This document shows, piece by piece, positions 36,747-46,103 of a DNA stretch of 64,000 bases. A program made the translations under genes and the position numbers. Origin of the DNA: Dehalococcoidia bacterium. GTDB lineage: Bacteria; Chloroflexota; Dehalococcoidia; GIF9; UBA5629. Positions within the stretch are counted from its first letter, which is position 1. Each line of letters begins with the position of its first letter. Where the stretch lies: NCBI GenBank assembly GCA_050011565.1, contig JBEKIW010000002.1:400494-464493 (forward strand), read 5' to 3'. The notes beneath the pieces are model-generated. The model was not told where the DNA came from. It saw only the letters and a program-made list of their open reading frames with translations, and did not search any database.

Positions 36747-37775
36747 ATGGTGAAAAAACTGTTGGTTGTAATTGGAATTACGGCTTTCTTTCTGTCCGGT
36801 TGTCTTTCGGGGTCTACCGGAGTGCCACAGGGAGCACCATCAGGGCAAGCACCAGGCGGCGGCACGACTCCACCGGTGGCTACAGCAGACCAGTGGAGCG
36901 GCTGGGCACAGGTACCCGGTGGAGCCACAACTGATGTCGCTTTAGCCGCAGCTGCCTTCAATAATAAACTTTATGTCTTCGCCAAGGGCATCGACGACAA
37001 GCGTATCTACTTCGACACATATGACACTTCAGACAACTGGAGCGGCTGGACAGAAGTGCCGGGAGGTGCCATCACTGATGTTGCTTTAGCCCCGGTTGTC
37101 TTCAACAATAAACTTTATGTCTTCGCCAAGGGCATCGACGACAAGCGTATCTATCTCAGCACATATGACGGCTCCAACTGGAGCGGTTGGGGGCAAGTGC
37201 CAGGTGGCGGCACAACTGACGTGGCATTAGCCCCGGTTGTTTTCAATAACAAACTCTATGTATTCGCCAAGGGAATCAACGACAAGCGTATCTACCTCGA
37301 TACATATGACGCCTCCAACTGGAGCGGTTGGGCACAATTACCGGGTGGCGGCACCACTGATGTCGCTTTAGCCCCGGTTGTCTTCAATAACAAACTCTAT
37401 ATATTCGCCAAGGGAATCAACGACAAGCGTATCTACTTCGACACATATGACACGACAGGCAACTGGAGCGGCTGGGGAGCAATCCCGGGTAACTCCATGA
37501 CTGATGTCGCTATAGCCACAGCTGCCTTCAATAACAAACTCTTTCTCTTCAGTAAGGGTATCAACTACAAACGCATGTATGTCAACATATTTGACAGCAC
37601 GGACAGCTGGAACAGCTGGAGCGCCCGGACCCACTGGGCGGAAGTGAGGAGTGGAGGCACAACTGACGTGGCGTTAGCTGCAGCCGCCTTCAACAACCAG
37701 CTCTATCTCTTCGGCAAGGGTATTAACAACAACAACCTTATCTACGTTAACACGTTTGGCCCCGCGGGTAACTAG
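36747..37775 (+). CDS. Lipoprotein with six Trp-rich repeats (beta-propeller, PLL/fucose-lectin-like)
   Basis: Lipobox FFLSGC; six 47-48 aa repeats WSGW..PGG..TDVALA...FNNKLYVFAKGI.DKRIY. Confidence 0.8.
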   Translation: MVKKLLVVIGITAFFLSGCLSGSTGVPQGAPSGQAPGGGTTPPVATADQWSGWAQVPGGATTDVALAAAAFNNKLYVFAKGIDDKRIYFDTYDTSDNWSGWTEVPGGAITDVALAPVVFNNKLYVFAKGIDDKRIYLSTYDGSNWSGWGQVPGGGTTDVALAPVVFNNKLYVFAKGINDKRIYLDTYDASNWSGWAQLPGGGTTDVALAPVVFNNKLYIFAKGINDKRIYFDTYDTTGNWSGWGAIPGNSMTDVAIATAAFNNKLFLFSKGINYKRMYVNIFDSTDSWNSWSARTHWAEVRSGGTTDVALAAAAFNNQLYLFGKGINNNNLIYVNTFGPAGN

Positions 37776-37869
37776 AGAGTTTCAGTATCGCTTTGGCGTG
37801 GGATTGCACCACTTGGCGGTTTGTGTCCTTAAGTGTCACTAGAAGCGCACGAGCATCAGGATTTCTTAT

Positions 37870-38415
37870 TCACGACTGAGAAAATTGACGTTCCTTCAAC
37901 TTCTCAACAATGTTGTCTTCTCTGACCAGTGCATTGCCTATGCCATATTTTTTAAGAAGCCTCAGCGGCACGCAGCAGCATGAGCAGCAGTTACATATCG
38001 CATAGAAGTCATGCTGCCATTTGACGATGGTGTGTATGAGGCCATTTTGGTGGCACTGCTTTAAGATATCCTTAGCCTCCTGCTTTGTTATCTCTCGATA
38101 GTCGTGAGGTCTTCCTTCCATGAATATGTTTCGGCTAAGTCCGACAATTATTTCCGCGTTTAGCGGATTGTCGCAATTTTTGAACACAGCCCGACAAGTG
38201 CATGGGCCCAAAGCCAACCCATCTGAACTGTCCACAATTTCATTAGCCTCACGTAGGTTGAGCAGATAGGCTGAACTGACGTTTTTGCCGTATGAATTGG
38301 CTACCTTTCTGACCAGGCTCCCTATCACAGGTATTCTAGTCCACTTTGCCTGGAAGATGTAGTATCTAAGCGCCAACTCACGATACCTACTGTATAGCTT
38401 CAGCGAATGGTGCAT
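37870..38415 (-). CDS. Cys-rich Fe-S protein (ferredoxin-like)
   Basis: PCTCR...NC and ICNCCSCCC motifs. Confidence 0.7.
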   Translation of the reverse strand: MHHSLKLYSRYRELALRYYIFQAKWTRIPVIGSLVRKVANSYGKNVSSAYLLNLREANEIVDSSDGLALGPCTCRAVFKNCDNPLNAEIIVGLSRNIFMEGRPHDYREITKQEAKDILKQCHQNGLIHTIVKWQHDFYAICNCCSCCCVPLRLLKKYGIGNALVREDNIVEKLKERQFSQS

Positions 38416-38643
38416 AGGAACCTTTCAAACATCCTATTATACAACATCCTATTCAAGCATAACTTACCCTCTGTAACAATAGGGCGAAATGTGCAGGGAA
38501 TGGTGTAGCTCTGCCACGGGGACTGTTGAAATTCTCACGGGCAAACTTATTAAGGTAAGATTCCTCCACATGTTTGTTTACCGCCACTGCCTTTGAGATA
38601 ATTACCTGCTGAAGATGATACATACTTTTATGAGCAGACAATT

Positions 38644-39687
38644 TTGAAAACACTATTGGGATTGAATACAGACGAACTGTGTGCTCTGGTACAAGAGCAT
38701 GGCGAACCGGCGTACCGCGGCAACCAACTGGCAGAGTGGATTTATCAGCACGGGGTGCGCACGTTTGAGGAGATGTCCAGCCTGCCCGATAAACTGCGCG
38801 CACATTTGAAAAAGGAATACGAGGTTGGCCGCTCTCGAACCGTCGCTATCCAGCACAGCCGGGACGGGACGATAAAGTTGTTGCTGGCATTGCCTGACGG
38901 CTCGACAGTGGAGACTGTGGGCCTGCCATACGCAGACCGTTTCAGCTGCTGCCTGTCTACGCAAGTAGGCTGCCCGGTGGGCTGCGTTTTTTGTGCCACG
39001 GGGCTGGGTGGCTATACACGTAACCTTACAGCGGGAGAAATTGTGGACCAGGTGCTGGCAGTGCAGGAAGCGGCGCGAAATCAACAATTACAAACTGATG
39101 GCCGGACTCGCCGCATTGACCATGTTGTCTTCATGGGCATGGGAGAGCCGCTGCTTAACTATGAAGCGACTGTAAGAGCGATGCGGCTGCTGAACAGCGA
39201 GTTGGGTATTGCCATGAGGCATCTGACAGTGAGCACAGTCGGTTTTGTTCCCGGCATCCGTAAGTTAGCGCAGGAGAAGATGCAAGTTACCCTGGCAGTC
39301 TCCCTCCACGCTCCAACCGATGACCTTCGCCGGCAACTCATTCCCGGGATGACCGGGTGGAGTCTTGCTGAAATCATAGACGCCTGCAAGGAATACTTGC
39401 AGCAGACGGGACGCCGGGTAACATTCGAGTATTGCTTGATTGATGGAGTCAATGACGGGATTGCAGAAGCGCACGAACTGGCGAGGCTGCTGCATGGAAT
39501 GAACTGCCACGTGAATTTGATTCCGTATAACCCGGTCTCCGGGCTCACTTTCCATGGGCAACCGCGGAAACGCATCCGGGCTTTCCGCGAAATCCTGGAA
39601 GGTGCAGGCATCCGCGTTACGCAGCGGGTTCAGCGCGGTTCAGACATTGATGCTGCCTGCGGGCAGCTGCAGCAGCGGACAACATGA
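38644..39687 (+). CDS. rlmN: 23S rRNA/tRNA C2-adenosine methyltransferase RlmN
   Basis: STQVGCPVGCVFCATG, MGMGEP, VSLHA, VNLIPYN and AACGQL motifs. Confidence 0.92.
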   Translation: MKTLLGLNTDELCALVQEHGEPAYRGNQLAEWIYQHGVRTFEEMSSLPDKLRAHLKKEYEVGRSRTVAIQHSRDGTIKLLLALPDGSTVETVGLPYADRFSCCLSTQVGCPVGCVFCATGLGGYTRNLTAGEIVDQVLAVQEAARNQQLQTDGRTRRIDHVVFMGMGEPLLNYEATVRAMRLLNSELGIAMRHLTVSTVGFVPGIRKLAQEKMQVTLAVSLHAPTDDLRRQLIPGMTGWSLAEIIDACKEYLQQTGRRVTFEYCLIDGVNDGIAEAHELARLLHGMNCHVNLIPYNPVSGLTFHGQPRKRIRAFREILEGAGIRVTQRVQRGSDIDAACGQLQQRTT

Positions 39688-39698
39688 GCAGTACCGCC

Positions 39699-39959
39699 TC
39701 AATTACGTCCATATTTCACCTTGGCATACAGCATTAAGCACATAAGAGCCAATGATATTGAATTCCACAGGATCACCGGAAACAAGCTCAAGGAAACGCC
39801 GTATGCCAGCCAGCAGGCAGAGCCCAGTAGAAAAAGCAGGGTGAAAGAGAGGCTTATCTCACGAGCACTCTTGAGCGCAAACAGACGCCACACCTGTGGA
39901 ATGATCCCCAGAGTTATTGATAACCCGCCTCCAAATCCCAGAAGTTCTTGCCAGGTCAA
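39699..39959 (-). CDS. SemiSWEET/PQ-loop transporter
   Basis: IIPQVW, KSAREIS, WLAYG and PVILWN; three TM segments. Confidence 0.85.
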   Translation of the reverse strand: MTWQELLGFGGGLSITLGIIPQVWRLFALKSAREISLSFTLLFLLGSACWLAYGVSLSLFPVILWNSISLALMCLMLYAKVKYGRN

Positions 39960-40093
39960 AGTACACCTCCTGCCTAAATTATATCTGCTTTACTGCCAGG
40001 TTAGAAGCTCATATATTCAGCTACTATTGAAAAGAATGTGGGCCTGTCGGCAGCCCTTGACATAGTAAGCCGAGGCATGTAGACTGCTGGGAA

Positions 40094-40133
40094 TTCCCCC
40101 TCCCTCTAACTCCCTCCCGCCAGGGGAGGGAGA
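40094..40133. repeat. CCCCCTCCCTCTAACTCCCTCCC..GGGAGGGAG hairpin repeat
   Basis: Near reverse complement of 16143-16180. Confidence 0.7.
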
Positions 40134-40153
40134 ATGGGTTTACGGGCAAATAA

Positions 40154-40663
40154 ATGGGAATTAGTCGGAAAATTTACTGGCTACCTCTGCTGGTGGTGGG
40201 ACTGACGGCAATTCTATCGCCCTGTTCCATACTGGCCCAAGCGGGGGATACAGGCCTGATTTTGAGAATTGCCTCCGATAACTACTACGCTAGCTTAACT
40301 GCGGGGCAGGAAAAAACCATATTTCTGGAGATCCAGAATAACAGTAAGACAGAGCTGACAAATATCAGGCTTTCGGCAGATTCGCCGAAAGCCTGGACAG
40401 TCGAGTTCAATCCGGGGTTTATAGATAAGCTGGAGCCGGGCGGTTTTCAAACGGTCGACGTCATATTGAGGCCGGCCAAGGATGCCACCAAGGGAGGATA
40501 TAACGTCACACTGATTGCCGACTCCAACGAAACGCGCCGAGTGCTGGCATACTTTGTGAATGTAGAATCGGCATCATTGTTATGGGTGTGGATAGGAATC
40601 GGGCTGGGTGTTCTGGTCATTGGCGGATTTGCTTTTATCTTTATACGCTTCGGCAGGCAATAA
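40154..40663 (+). CDS. NEW3/Ig-like domain membrane-anchored protein
   Basis: Signal peptide, beta-rich domain (PKAWTVEFNP, LEPG, GGYNVTL) and C-terminal TM. Confidence 0.7.
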   Translation: MGISRKIYWLPLLVVGLTAILSPCSILAQAGDTGLILRIASDNYYASLTAGQEKTIFLEIQNNSKTELTNIRLSADSPKAWTVEFNPGFIDKLEPGGFQTVDVILRPAKDATKGGYNVTLIADSNETRRVLAYFVNVESASLLWVWIGIGLGVLVIGGFAFIFIRFGRQ

Positions 40664-40708
40664 GCCGGCGTCATAATCAAAGACAATAATCGTCTAAAGG
40701 GAGGAAAT

Positions 40709-41110
40709 ATGATTGAGCGGGTACATGAGCATATTATCAGCGAACTTGGCGCCAATACACGTACCGATACCATTTTTGTTCTCACTGCAATTATCCTGAA
40801 CCTTATAACCCTGGGCATAAATTCCGGGATTGCCTCTTCAGAGGCAACCGCGACCAACACGATTGTGATGTTTACCTTCGTGGCACTCATAATAGTAATT
40901 AACTTTGTGGCAGAAATTGGATTGATTAGAGGCAGGCTGATGAGGAAGAAGCTGCTGACCGGTCTGCTGAAGATGTATAAAGACCAGGGCGTGGAGGGTT
41001 ACTATGACCCGTCCCTGTTGAGCGATTACAGGACCAGGTACAACCTTTTCATGCTTACCGTCCTGTTTACAGGCCTGGTAGCCATTGTCATACCTTTTGT
41101 GATCAGGTAG
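40709..41110 (+). CDS. Hypothetical membrane protein
   Basis: GGGAGG SD; three hydrophobic segments. Confidence 0.75.
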   Translation: MIERVHEHIISELGANTRTDTIFVLTAIILNLITLGINSGIASSEATATNTIVMFTFVALIIVINFVAEIGLIRGRLMRKKLLTGLLKMYKDQGVEGYYDPSLLSDYRTRYNLFMLTVLFTGLVAIVIPFVIR

Positions 41111-41194
41111 ATTCTTCGACAAGCTCAGAATGACATGAAGCAAAGCTTAGAATGAGCGGAGATTCTTCGGTCGCTTCGCTCCCTCAGAATGACA
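41109..41194. repeat. AGATTCTTCGACAAGCTCAGAATGAC repeat-family cluster
   Basis: Three related units ending CAGAATGAC or TAGAATGAGC. Confidence 0.7.
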
Positions 41195-41229
41195 AAGAGC
41201 GAAGTGCTCGCAGATATTAGAAAATAAAA

Positions 41230-42243
41230 ATGACAACAGTGGTTACCGGCGCCAGTGGGCATATCGGCGCTAATTTAATACGTGCACTGCTGGCTCGGGG
41301 CCGGAAAGTGCGGGCTTTGCACCACGTTAACCGCCGGGCCATCGAAAACCTGGACGTTGAGATAGTGCCGGGCGATGTCTGCGACCTATCCTCATTGCGC
41401 ACAGCATTCAAAGGCGCAGACGTGGTCTATCACCTGGCAGCCCGCATTTCGCTGTCCATGAACGACTACCCCGTGCTGGAGCCCATTAACGTCACCGGCA
41501 CTAGGAACGTGGTCCAGGCATGCCTCGATTGCGGAGTACGTCGCCTGGTGCACTTCAGCTCGATTCATGCCTTTATACAGGAGACTATAGGCAAGCCCAT
41601 CGACGAATCATGTCCGCTGGTGGAACCGCGGAATTGCCCGCCCTACGACCGTTCCAAGGCAGCCGGCGAAAAAGAAGTCCGCAGTGGAATAAAACGCGGA
41701 CTGGATGCCGTCATAATCAGCCCGACGGCGGTCATCGGTCCTCATGACTATGAGCCATCGTTTTTGGGCGAAGCGCTGCTGAACCTGGCACGTGGGAAAA
41801 TGCCGGCCCTGGTTGCCGGCGGGTTCGACTGGGTGGACGTGCGCGACGTCGTCCAGGGGGCGCTTAGAGCCGAAGAGCAAGCGCCGACCGGTGCCAAGTA
41901 CCTGCTATCGGGGCACTTTGCGTCTGTAAGCGACCTGGCGGTTATGGTAGAGGAGATAATCGGCACTCCGGCGCCGAAGCTGGTTATGCCCAGGTGGCTG
42001 GCTTTTGTCGGCGCACCGTTTTTGGCAGGCTTTGCCCAATTGACCGGGAAGCGGCCGTTGTATACCAGCGCTTCCGTTAGAGCGCTCCGCACCGGACAGG
42101 ATGTTAGCCATGAAAAAGCGGCGAGTGAGCTGGGATATCAGCCTCGACCGCTGCGGCAAACAATCGTCGATACGTTCGAGTGGTTCCGGGAGAGCGGCTA
42201 CCTCGACCGCGCTGAGACGCCACAATCTACCGGGCAGTTATGA
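41230..42243 (+). CDS. Extended SDR (3-beta-HSD / dihydroflavonol reductase / HpnA-like)
   Basis: TGASGHIG, YHLAA, HFSS and YDRSK motifs. Confidence 0.9.
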   Translation: MTTVVTGASGHIGANLIRALLARGRKVRALHHVNRRAIENLDVEIVPGDVCDLSSLRTAFKGADVVYHLAARISLSMNDYPVLEPINVTGTRNVVQACLDCGVRRLVHFSSIHAFIQETIGKPIDESCPLVEPRNCPPYDRSKAAGEKEVRSGIKRGLDAVIISPTAVIGPHDYEPSFLGEALLNLARGKMPALVAGGFDWVDVRDVVQGALRAEEQAPTGAKYLLSGHFASVSDLAVMVEEIIGTPAPKLVMPRWLAFVGAPFLAGFAQLTGKRPLYTSASVRALRTGQDVSHEKAASELGYQPRPLRQTIVDTFEWFRESGYLDRAETPQSTGQL

Positions 42244-43001
42244 GCGAGCAATCGTTTTTCAATATTCTACTGGTTAGCTGGTTTGTGCTGGCAGCGGTCA
42301 TCTTTGTGGCGCTGTTCTTCATCGTGGCGCCGTACGGCAGGCATACCCGTCGCCGATGGGGGCCGGCAATCGGTGATAAGCTGGGCTGGATTATTATGGA
42401 AGCGCCGTCGCCAATCCTTTTTGCCACGTTCTTTGCACTCGGTATTAAATCAATCTCCATAACGGCGGTTGCCTTCCTGCTCTTGTGGGAGGCACATTAC
42501 ATACACCGCGCTTTTATCTATCCTTTCAGTCGACGTGCCGGAGCCAGCGGCATGGCGGTGGCAGTGGTTAGTATGGGCTTTCTGTTCAATATCGGGAACG
42601 CTTATCTTAACGGCCGCTACCTTTTTACGCTGTCCGGCGGCTACGACAACGGCTGGCTGATGGCACCGCAGTTTATTATCGGTGCCGGACTTTTCATCGC
42701 CGGTTTTGTTATCAACCGCTGGGCAGACGACAGCCTGCGCAGTCTGCGTCAACCGGGTGAGAGCGGTTACAAAATACCCGATGGAGGATTGTACCGCTGG
42801 ATATCCTGCCCCAATTATTTCGGTGAGATGCTCACCTGGATTGGTTGGGCGGTGGCTACCTGGTCGCTGCCGGGGCTGGCATTCGCTTTGTTTACTGTGG
42901 CCAACCTGGCGCCGCGGGCGAGAGCACATCATCTGTGGTATAAGAGGCAGTTCGCCGATTATCCCCCCCGGCGGAAAGCGCTCGTCCCCGCGATATGGTA
43001 G
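42240..43001 (+). CDS. 3-oxo-5-alpha-steroid 4-dehydrogenase (SRD5A-like)
   Basis: APYGRH, WIIMEAP, HYIHRAFIYP, YKIPDGG, SCPNYFGE and RARAHHLWY motifs. Confidence 0.9.
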   Translation: MSEQSFFNILLVSWFVLAAVIFVALFFIVAPYGRHTRRRWGPAIGDKLGWIIMEAPSPILFATFFALGIKSISITAVAFLLLWEAHYIHRAFIYPFSRRAGASGMAVAVVSMGFLFNIGNAYLNGRYLFTLSGGYDNGWLMAPQFIIGAGLFIAGFVINRWADDSLRSLRQPGESGYKIPDGGLYRWISCPNYFGEMLTWIGWAVATWSLPGLAFALFTVANLAPRARAHHLWYKRQFADYPPRRKALVPAIW

Positions 43002-43028
43002 TTTGGGCGCTTCCACAGTAGAACTGCC

Positions 43029-43104
43029 AAAATCCCTCTCAATCTCCCTTTACGAAAGGGATAAGTTGTTTCCCCCTTTGAAAAAGGGGGATTAAGGGGG
43101 ATTT
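43029..43104. repeat. Two-hairpin copy of the DUF559-associated palindromic element
   Basis: AAAATCCCTCTCAATCTCCCTTT ... AAAGGGGGATTAAGGGGGATTT. Confidence 0.75.
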
Positions 43105-43172
43105 AATCCTCGAATGTGAAATATCGTGGAACGTATGGTATCCTTAATGCCGCCCGGACTTGAGGCATTATC

Positions 43173-44648
43173 ATGTCGATGAGCAGGATGGTAAAGTGGT
43201 TGTCAGTGGCGCTGGCTGTGGCGCTGTGCCTTCAGCTGGGCTTTTCCGGCTCGACTGTCTCGGCGGTAAACGGCCCCGCCGTTAAGGAGCTGAATTTCGT
43301 TTTCCTTCACGGCGCCGGCGGCGATCCCTGCGGTCCGCAACTTCTGGATGATTCTATTATGGAGCAGATACCGGATTACATACTTAAATATCAGCAGGCC
43401 AATCCCGGCGTCGAGATCAAGGTTAATACTATGAACAGATGCTGTCCCAGCGATGTGGACGTGGAGACCTGGGCCAAAAACATTGCTGACAGCGTTGATA
43501 AGTATCTGCCCGGCAAGGGGAAGATAATATTTATCGGGCATAGTATGGGCGGCAAGTCAGCGCTTTATGCCGTAGCCCATAATGTCGGCAATCTGGCTGA
43601 TAGGGTGGCGGCGGTGGTGACCATCAATAGTCCTATTAAGAGCCTCAATAATTATCAGCTCGTCGGAAACAGCTCATTTTTCGACTTTTGCCGCGCTGGA
43701 TGGCTGATACGGCCTGACCGCGGGGTTTGTGCTTCGGTGGGAAGCTACGATAGCTCCGAAGACGGTAAGTGGGTTGGGCAGAACAGGCACTGGCTGGCTT
43801 TTATATCGGGTGAAAACGCACCGCTCAGTACGCAGTTCGATTATGGCGGCTTAGACCCTTACCCGCGGGATATGGACGACGGCGCTCTGCCGATATCCGC
43901 TCAATATGCTGACGGCGCGGACGTAGTTTACTACGGTGAATATGGCCACAGCGACTTCACCCAGATAAAAGAACTGGCGGCTTCAATGGCCGGCGAGATA
44001 CTGAATTACATCTTCGGCGGTACCATAGAATGCTCGGTCCTGGCCAGGGATGGCGGCTGGCAGCATAAGGCCGGCATGCTGCTGGGAACTGATTACTTTC
44101 AGGATACCATCGGCGATGTTCTGGGCGACAGCAGTTTTATATGGCATACGAACTCGTCGTATATGGGGTGGCAGGAGTGGGAGGATACGGTGGATTACCA
44201 ACCGCCGACTTATGAGAATCAACTGAGAAGCCGCTTTGAGTTCAGTCGAGAGTGGTCAGCGCCGTTTTTAACCAGAGTCGATGAAGTACGCTGGCTGAGC
44301 CCTGATGACCCGGCGGATTGCCGCCTCTACCTGCGGACCAGCGCTGCTCCGAGAAACACCGTACAGGTTGACTATAACATTTATGTGCAGGGCTTACTGG
44401 CTGAAGGGACGAAGCGCGACCACTATGAAATCGAGATAACCGCCGGCACACCTATGGCTGAGATAAACCAGGCATTGTGGATGAACGATAACCCGCGCGA
44501 TATGAGGGTGCAGGTGGCTTCGCGGGTGGAAAGGCCGTTCCGGTGGTACGATGCCAAGTGGAGGGTGTATTACCGGGAAAGCCGGCAGAGAAACGTAATT
44601 GATGAAATACCAGTCCTGCAGGAAGCAAGCTCTGCAGGGAAATCCTAG
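43173..44648 (+). CDS. Secreted alpha/beta-hydrolase with an unknown C-terminal region
   Basis: Signal peptide, VFLHG, GHSMGG nucleophile elbow, DDG and GHS. Confidence 0.75.
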   Translation: MSMSRMVKWLSVALAVALCLQLGFSGSTVSAVNGPAVKELNFVFLHGAGGDPCGPQLLDDSIMEQIPDYILKYQQANPGVEIKVNTMNRCCPSDVDVETWAKNIADSVDKYLPGKGKIIFIGHSMGGKSALYAVAHNVGNLADRVAAVVTINSPIKSLNNYQLVGNSSFFDFCRAGWLIRPDRGVCASVGSYDSSEDGKWVGQNRHWLAFISGENAPLSTQFDYGGLDPYPRDMDDGALPISAQYADGADVVYYGEYGHSDFTQIKELAASMAGEILNYIFGGTIECSVLARDGGWQHKAGMLLGTDYFQDTIGDVLGDSSFIWHTNSSYMGWQEWEDTVDYQPPTYENQLRSRFEFSREWSAPFLTRVDEVRWLSPDDPADCRLYLRTSAAPRNTVQVDYNIYVQGLLAEGTKRDHYEIEITAGTPMAEINQALWMNDNPRDMRVQVASRVERPFRWYDAKWRVYYRESRQRNVIDEIPVLQEASSAGKS

Positions 44649-44783
44649 ATCCTAAATTCTAAGCTCTAAATAATTTCCAAATTCAAAATCCTAATCAGAA
44701 GAATCACGAAGTTTTATTTGTTTTGAATTTTATTATTCAGATTTTGATATTGTTTAGGATTTGGTGCTTAGGGTTTATTATTT
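44640..44783. repeat. Heptamer-rich inverted intergenic element
   Basis: TTTAGGATTTGGTGCTTAGG is the reverse complement of CCTAAGCACCAAATCCTAAA at 2778-2797. Confidence 0.65.
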
Positions 44784-44793
44784 CCGTGCCTAG

Positions 44794-45900
44794 CTAGGCT
44801 CGCAGCACGGCTCTGGCCTTAAGGAAGCGGAAAAAGCGTTCCCGTGTAACCATGCCGACCAGCTTATCATTCTGAGTTACCGGTATCTGGTCTATGTCGT
44901 AGTCATCCATCTGCTCCAGCAGGTCTACGGCGGGTTGGTTGGGTGGAGCCGTCTTGAGCAGGCCGGCGGGGGTCATTATGTTGCTGATAAGAGTCGACTC
45001 CCAGAGCTTCGGCGAAATCTGAGTATCCCCCAGAGTGACGATTCCCTGCAGCTTGCCGTCCTCGATGACCACAAAACAGTGCTGGCCCGAGTTGATGATA
45101 TATTCGCGGACCAGTGCGAAGGTGAGCTGCTGTTTTATGGGCGTATAGTCATCGGTCATTAAATCATGCGCCGTCATGCCGCGCAGGGCGTCGCGTATCA
45201 GCGCTTGACGCTGGCTTACGGTGGCGGCATCTTCCAGGAACAAACCAAACACCACGGTGGCGACACCGGCAAACCAATCGCGAGATAGTATAACTGCCAG
45301 ACCACCGGCAGCAATTAGCACGAAACCTATGACTTGTCCGACCAGTGCAGCAGTTCGTGTTGCCCGGCTGTAGTCCTTCATAGTCAGTTGCAGTATGGCT
45401 TTTAGTATCCAGCCTGCATCCAGGGGGAAAGCCGGAGTAATATTGAACAGGGCTATCATTATGTTGAAATAAAAAAGCCACTGTATTAGTTCGGCAAATT
45501 GAAAGCCGCCGAGGCTGGTCAGTACATAGAAGATTGTGTAAAACAGGCCGGCGATGACTAAGTTGGACAGCGGGCCGGCTATAGCCATCAGTATCTCGGG
45601 AGCCGGGTGGGCGTCCTGTTCCGTTATCCGGGGGATGCCGCCAAAAACGTACAGTGTAACGCTTCTGACCGGCATATGTCTGTTGGTGGCTACGGCATAC
45701 TGGGCCAGAGCGCGGGCACACATGGAACCGAAGAAAAGCAGGCTGGCGACGATGCCCAGGATTACATTTTGCCACCAGGGATAAAGCCCGCGAAGTGTAA
45801 TAGCCAGGGTTATAACTATTAATGCCGCAGCGATGAACCAGGTATTGTGTACCCGGACCGGTATGCCGAAAAACTCTCCCAGTTTTGTAGAACGCGTCAT
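44794..45900 (-). CDS. Site-2 protease (M50B) + 2 CBS domains, HExxH motif degenerate
   Basis: GIPVRVH, LYVFGG, AIAGP, FNITPAFPLDAG and CBS pair; RALAQ in place of HExxH. Confidence 0.85.
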   Translation of the reverse strand: MTRSTKLGEFFGIPVRVHNTWFIAAALIVITLAITLRGLYPWWQNVILGIVASLLFFGSMCARALAQYAVATNRHMPVRSVTLYVFGGIPRITEQDAHPAPEILMAIAGPLSNLVIAGLFYTIFYVLTSLGGFQFAELIQWLFYFNIMIALFNITPAFPLDAGWILKAILQLTMKDYSRATRTAALVGQVIGFVLIAAGGLAVILSRDWFAGVATVVFGLFLEDAATVSQRQALIRDALRGMTAHDLMTDDYTPIKQQLTFALVREYIINSGQHCFVVIEDGKLQGIVTLGDTQISPKLWESTLISNIMTPAGLLKTAPPNQPAVDLLEQMDDYDIDQIPVTQNDKLVGMVTRERFFRFLKARAVLRA

Positions 45901-45994
45901 GCTACTCTCTTAAGACATAGTATAAACGCTACGGACAAAGGAGACAAGGCGCTAACAAAATCAAAGGTAAAAGTTAAAGGTCGAAATGGTAAAT

Positions 45995-46103
45995 TCCACC
46001 CTCACCTTAATCTTATCCCGTTCCCCATATCCCAGCGGGAGTAAATCCTCGCTGGATGCCTGCCCACCCTTCCTCCCAGAGGGAGGGAGTTAGAGGGAGG
46101 GGG
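45995..46103. repeat. Composite palindromic element with a conserved 52-bp core
   Basis: 46014-46065 is identical to 56971-57022. Confidence 0.85.

Noticed and set aside
38428-38453. 11-bp direct repeat AACATCCTATT (two copies)
   Set aside because: Only two copies, overlapping a likely -10 box; too little to call.
38530-38570. c-di-GMP-I riboswitch suggested by CACGGGCAAAC upstream of rlmN
   Set aside because: No GNRA-capped P2 and no GACGCAAAGC junction follow.
38644-39687. Cfr resistance methyltransferase
   Set aside because: Chromosomal housekeeping context, host-like composition and RlmN-like motifs; a phylogeny would be needed to exclude it formally.
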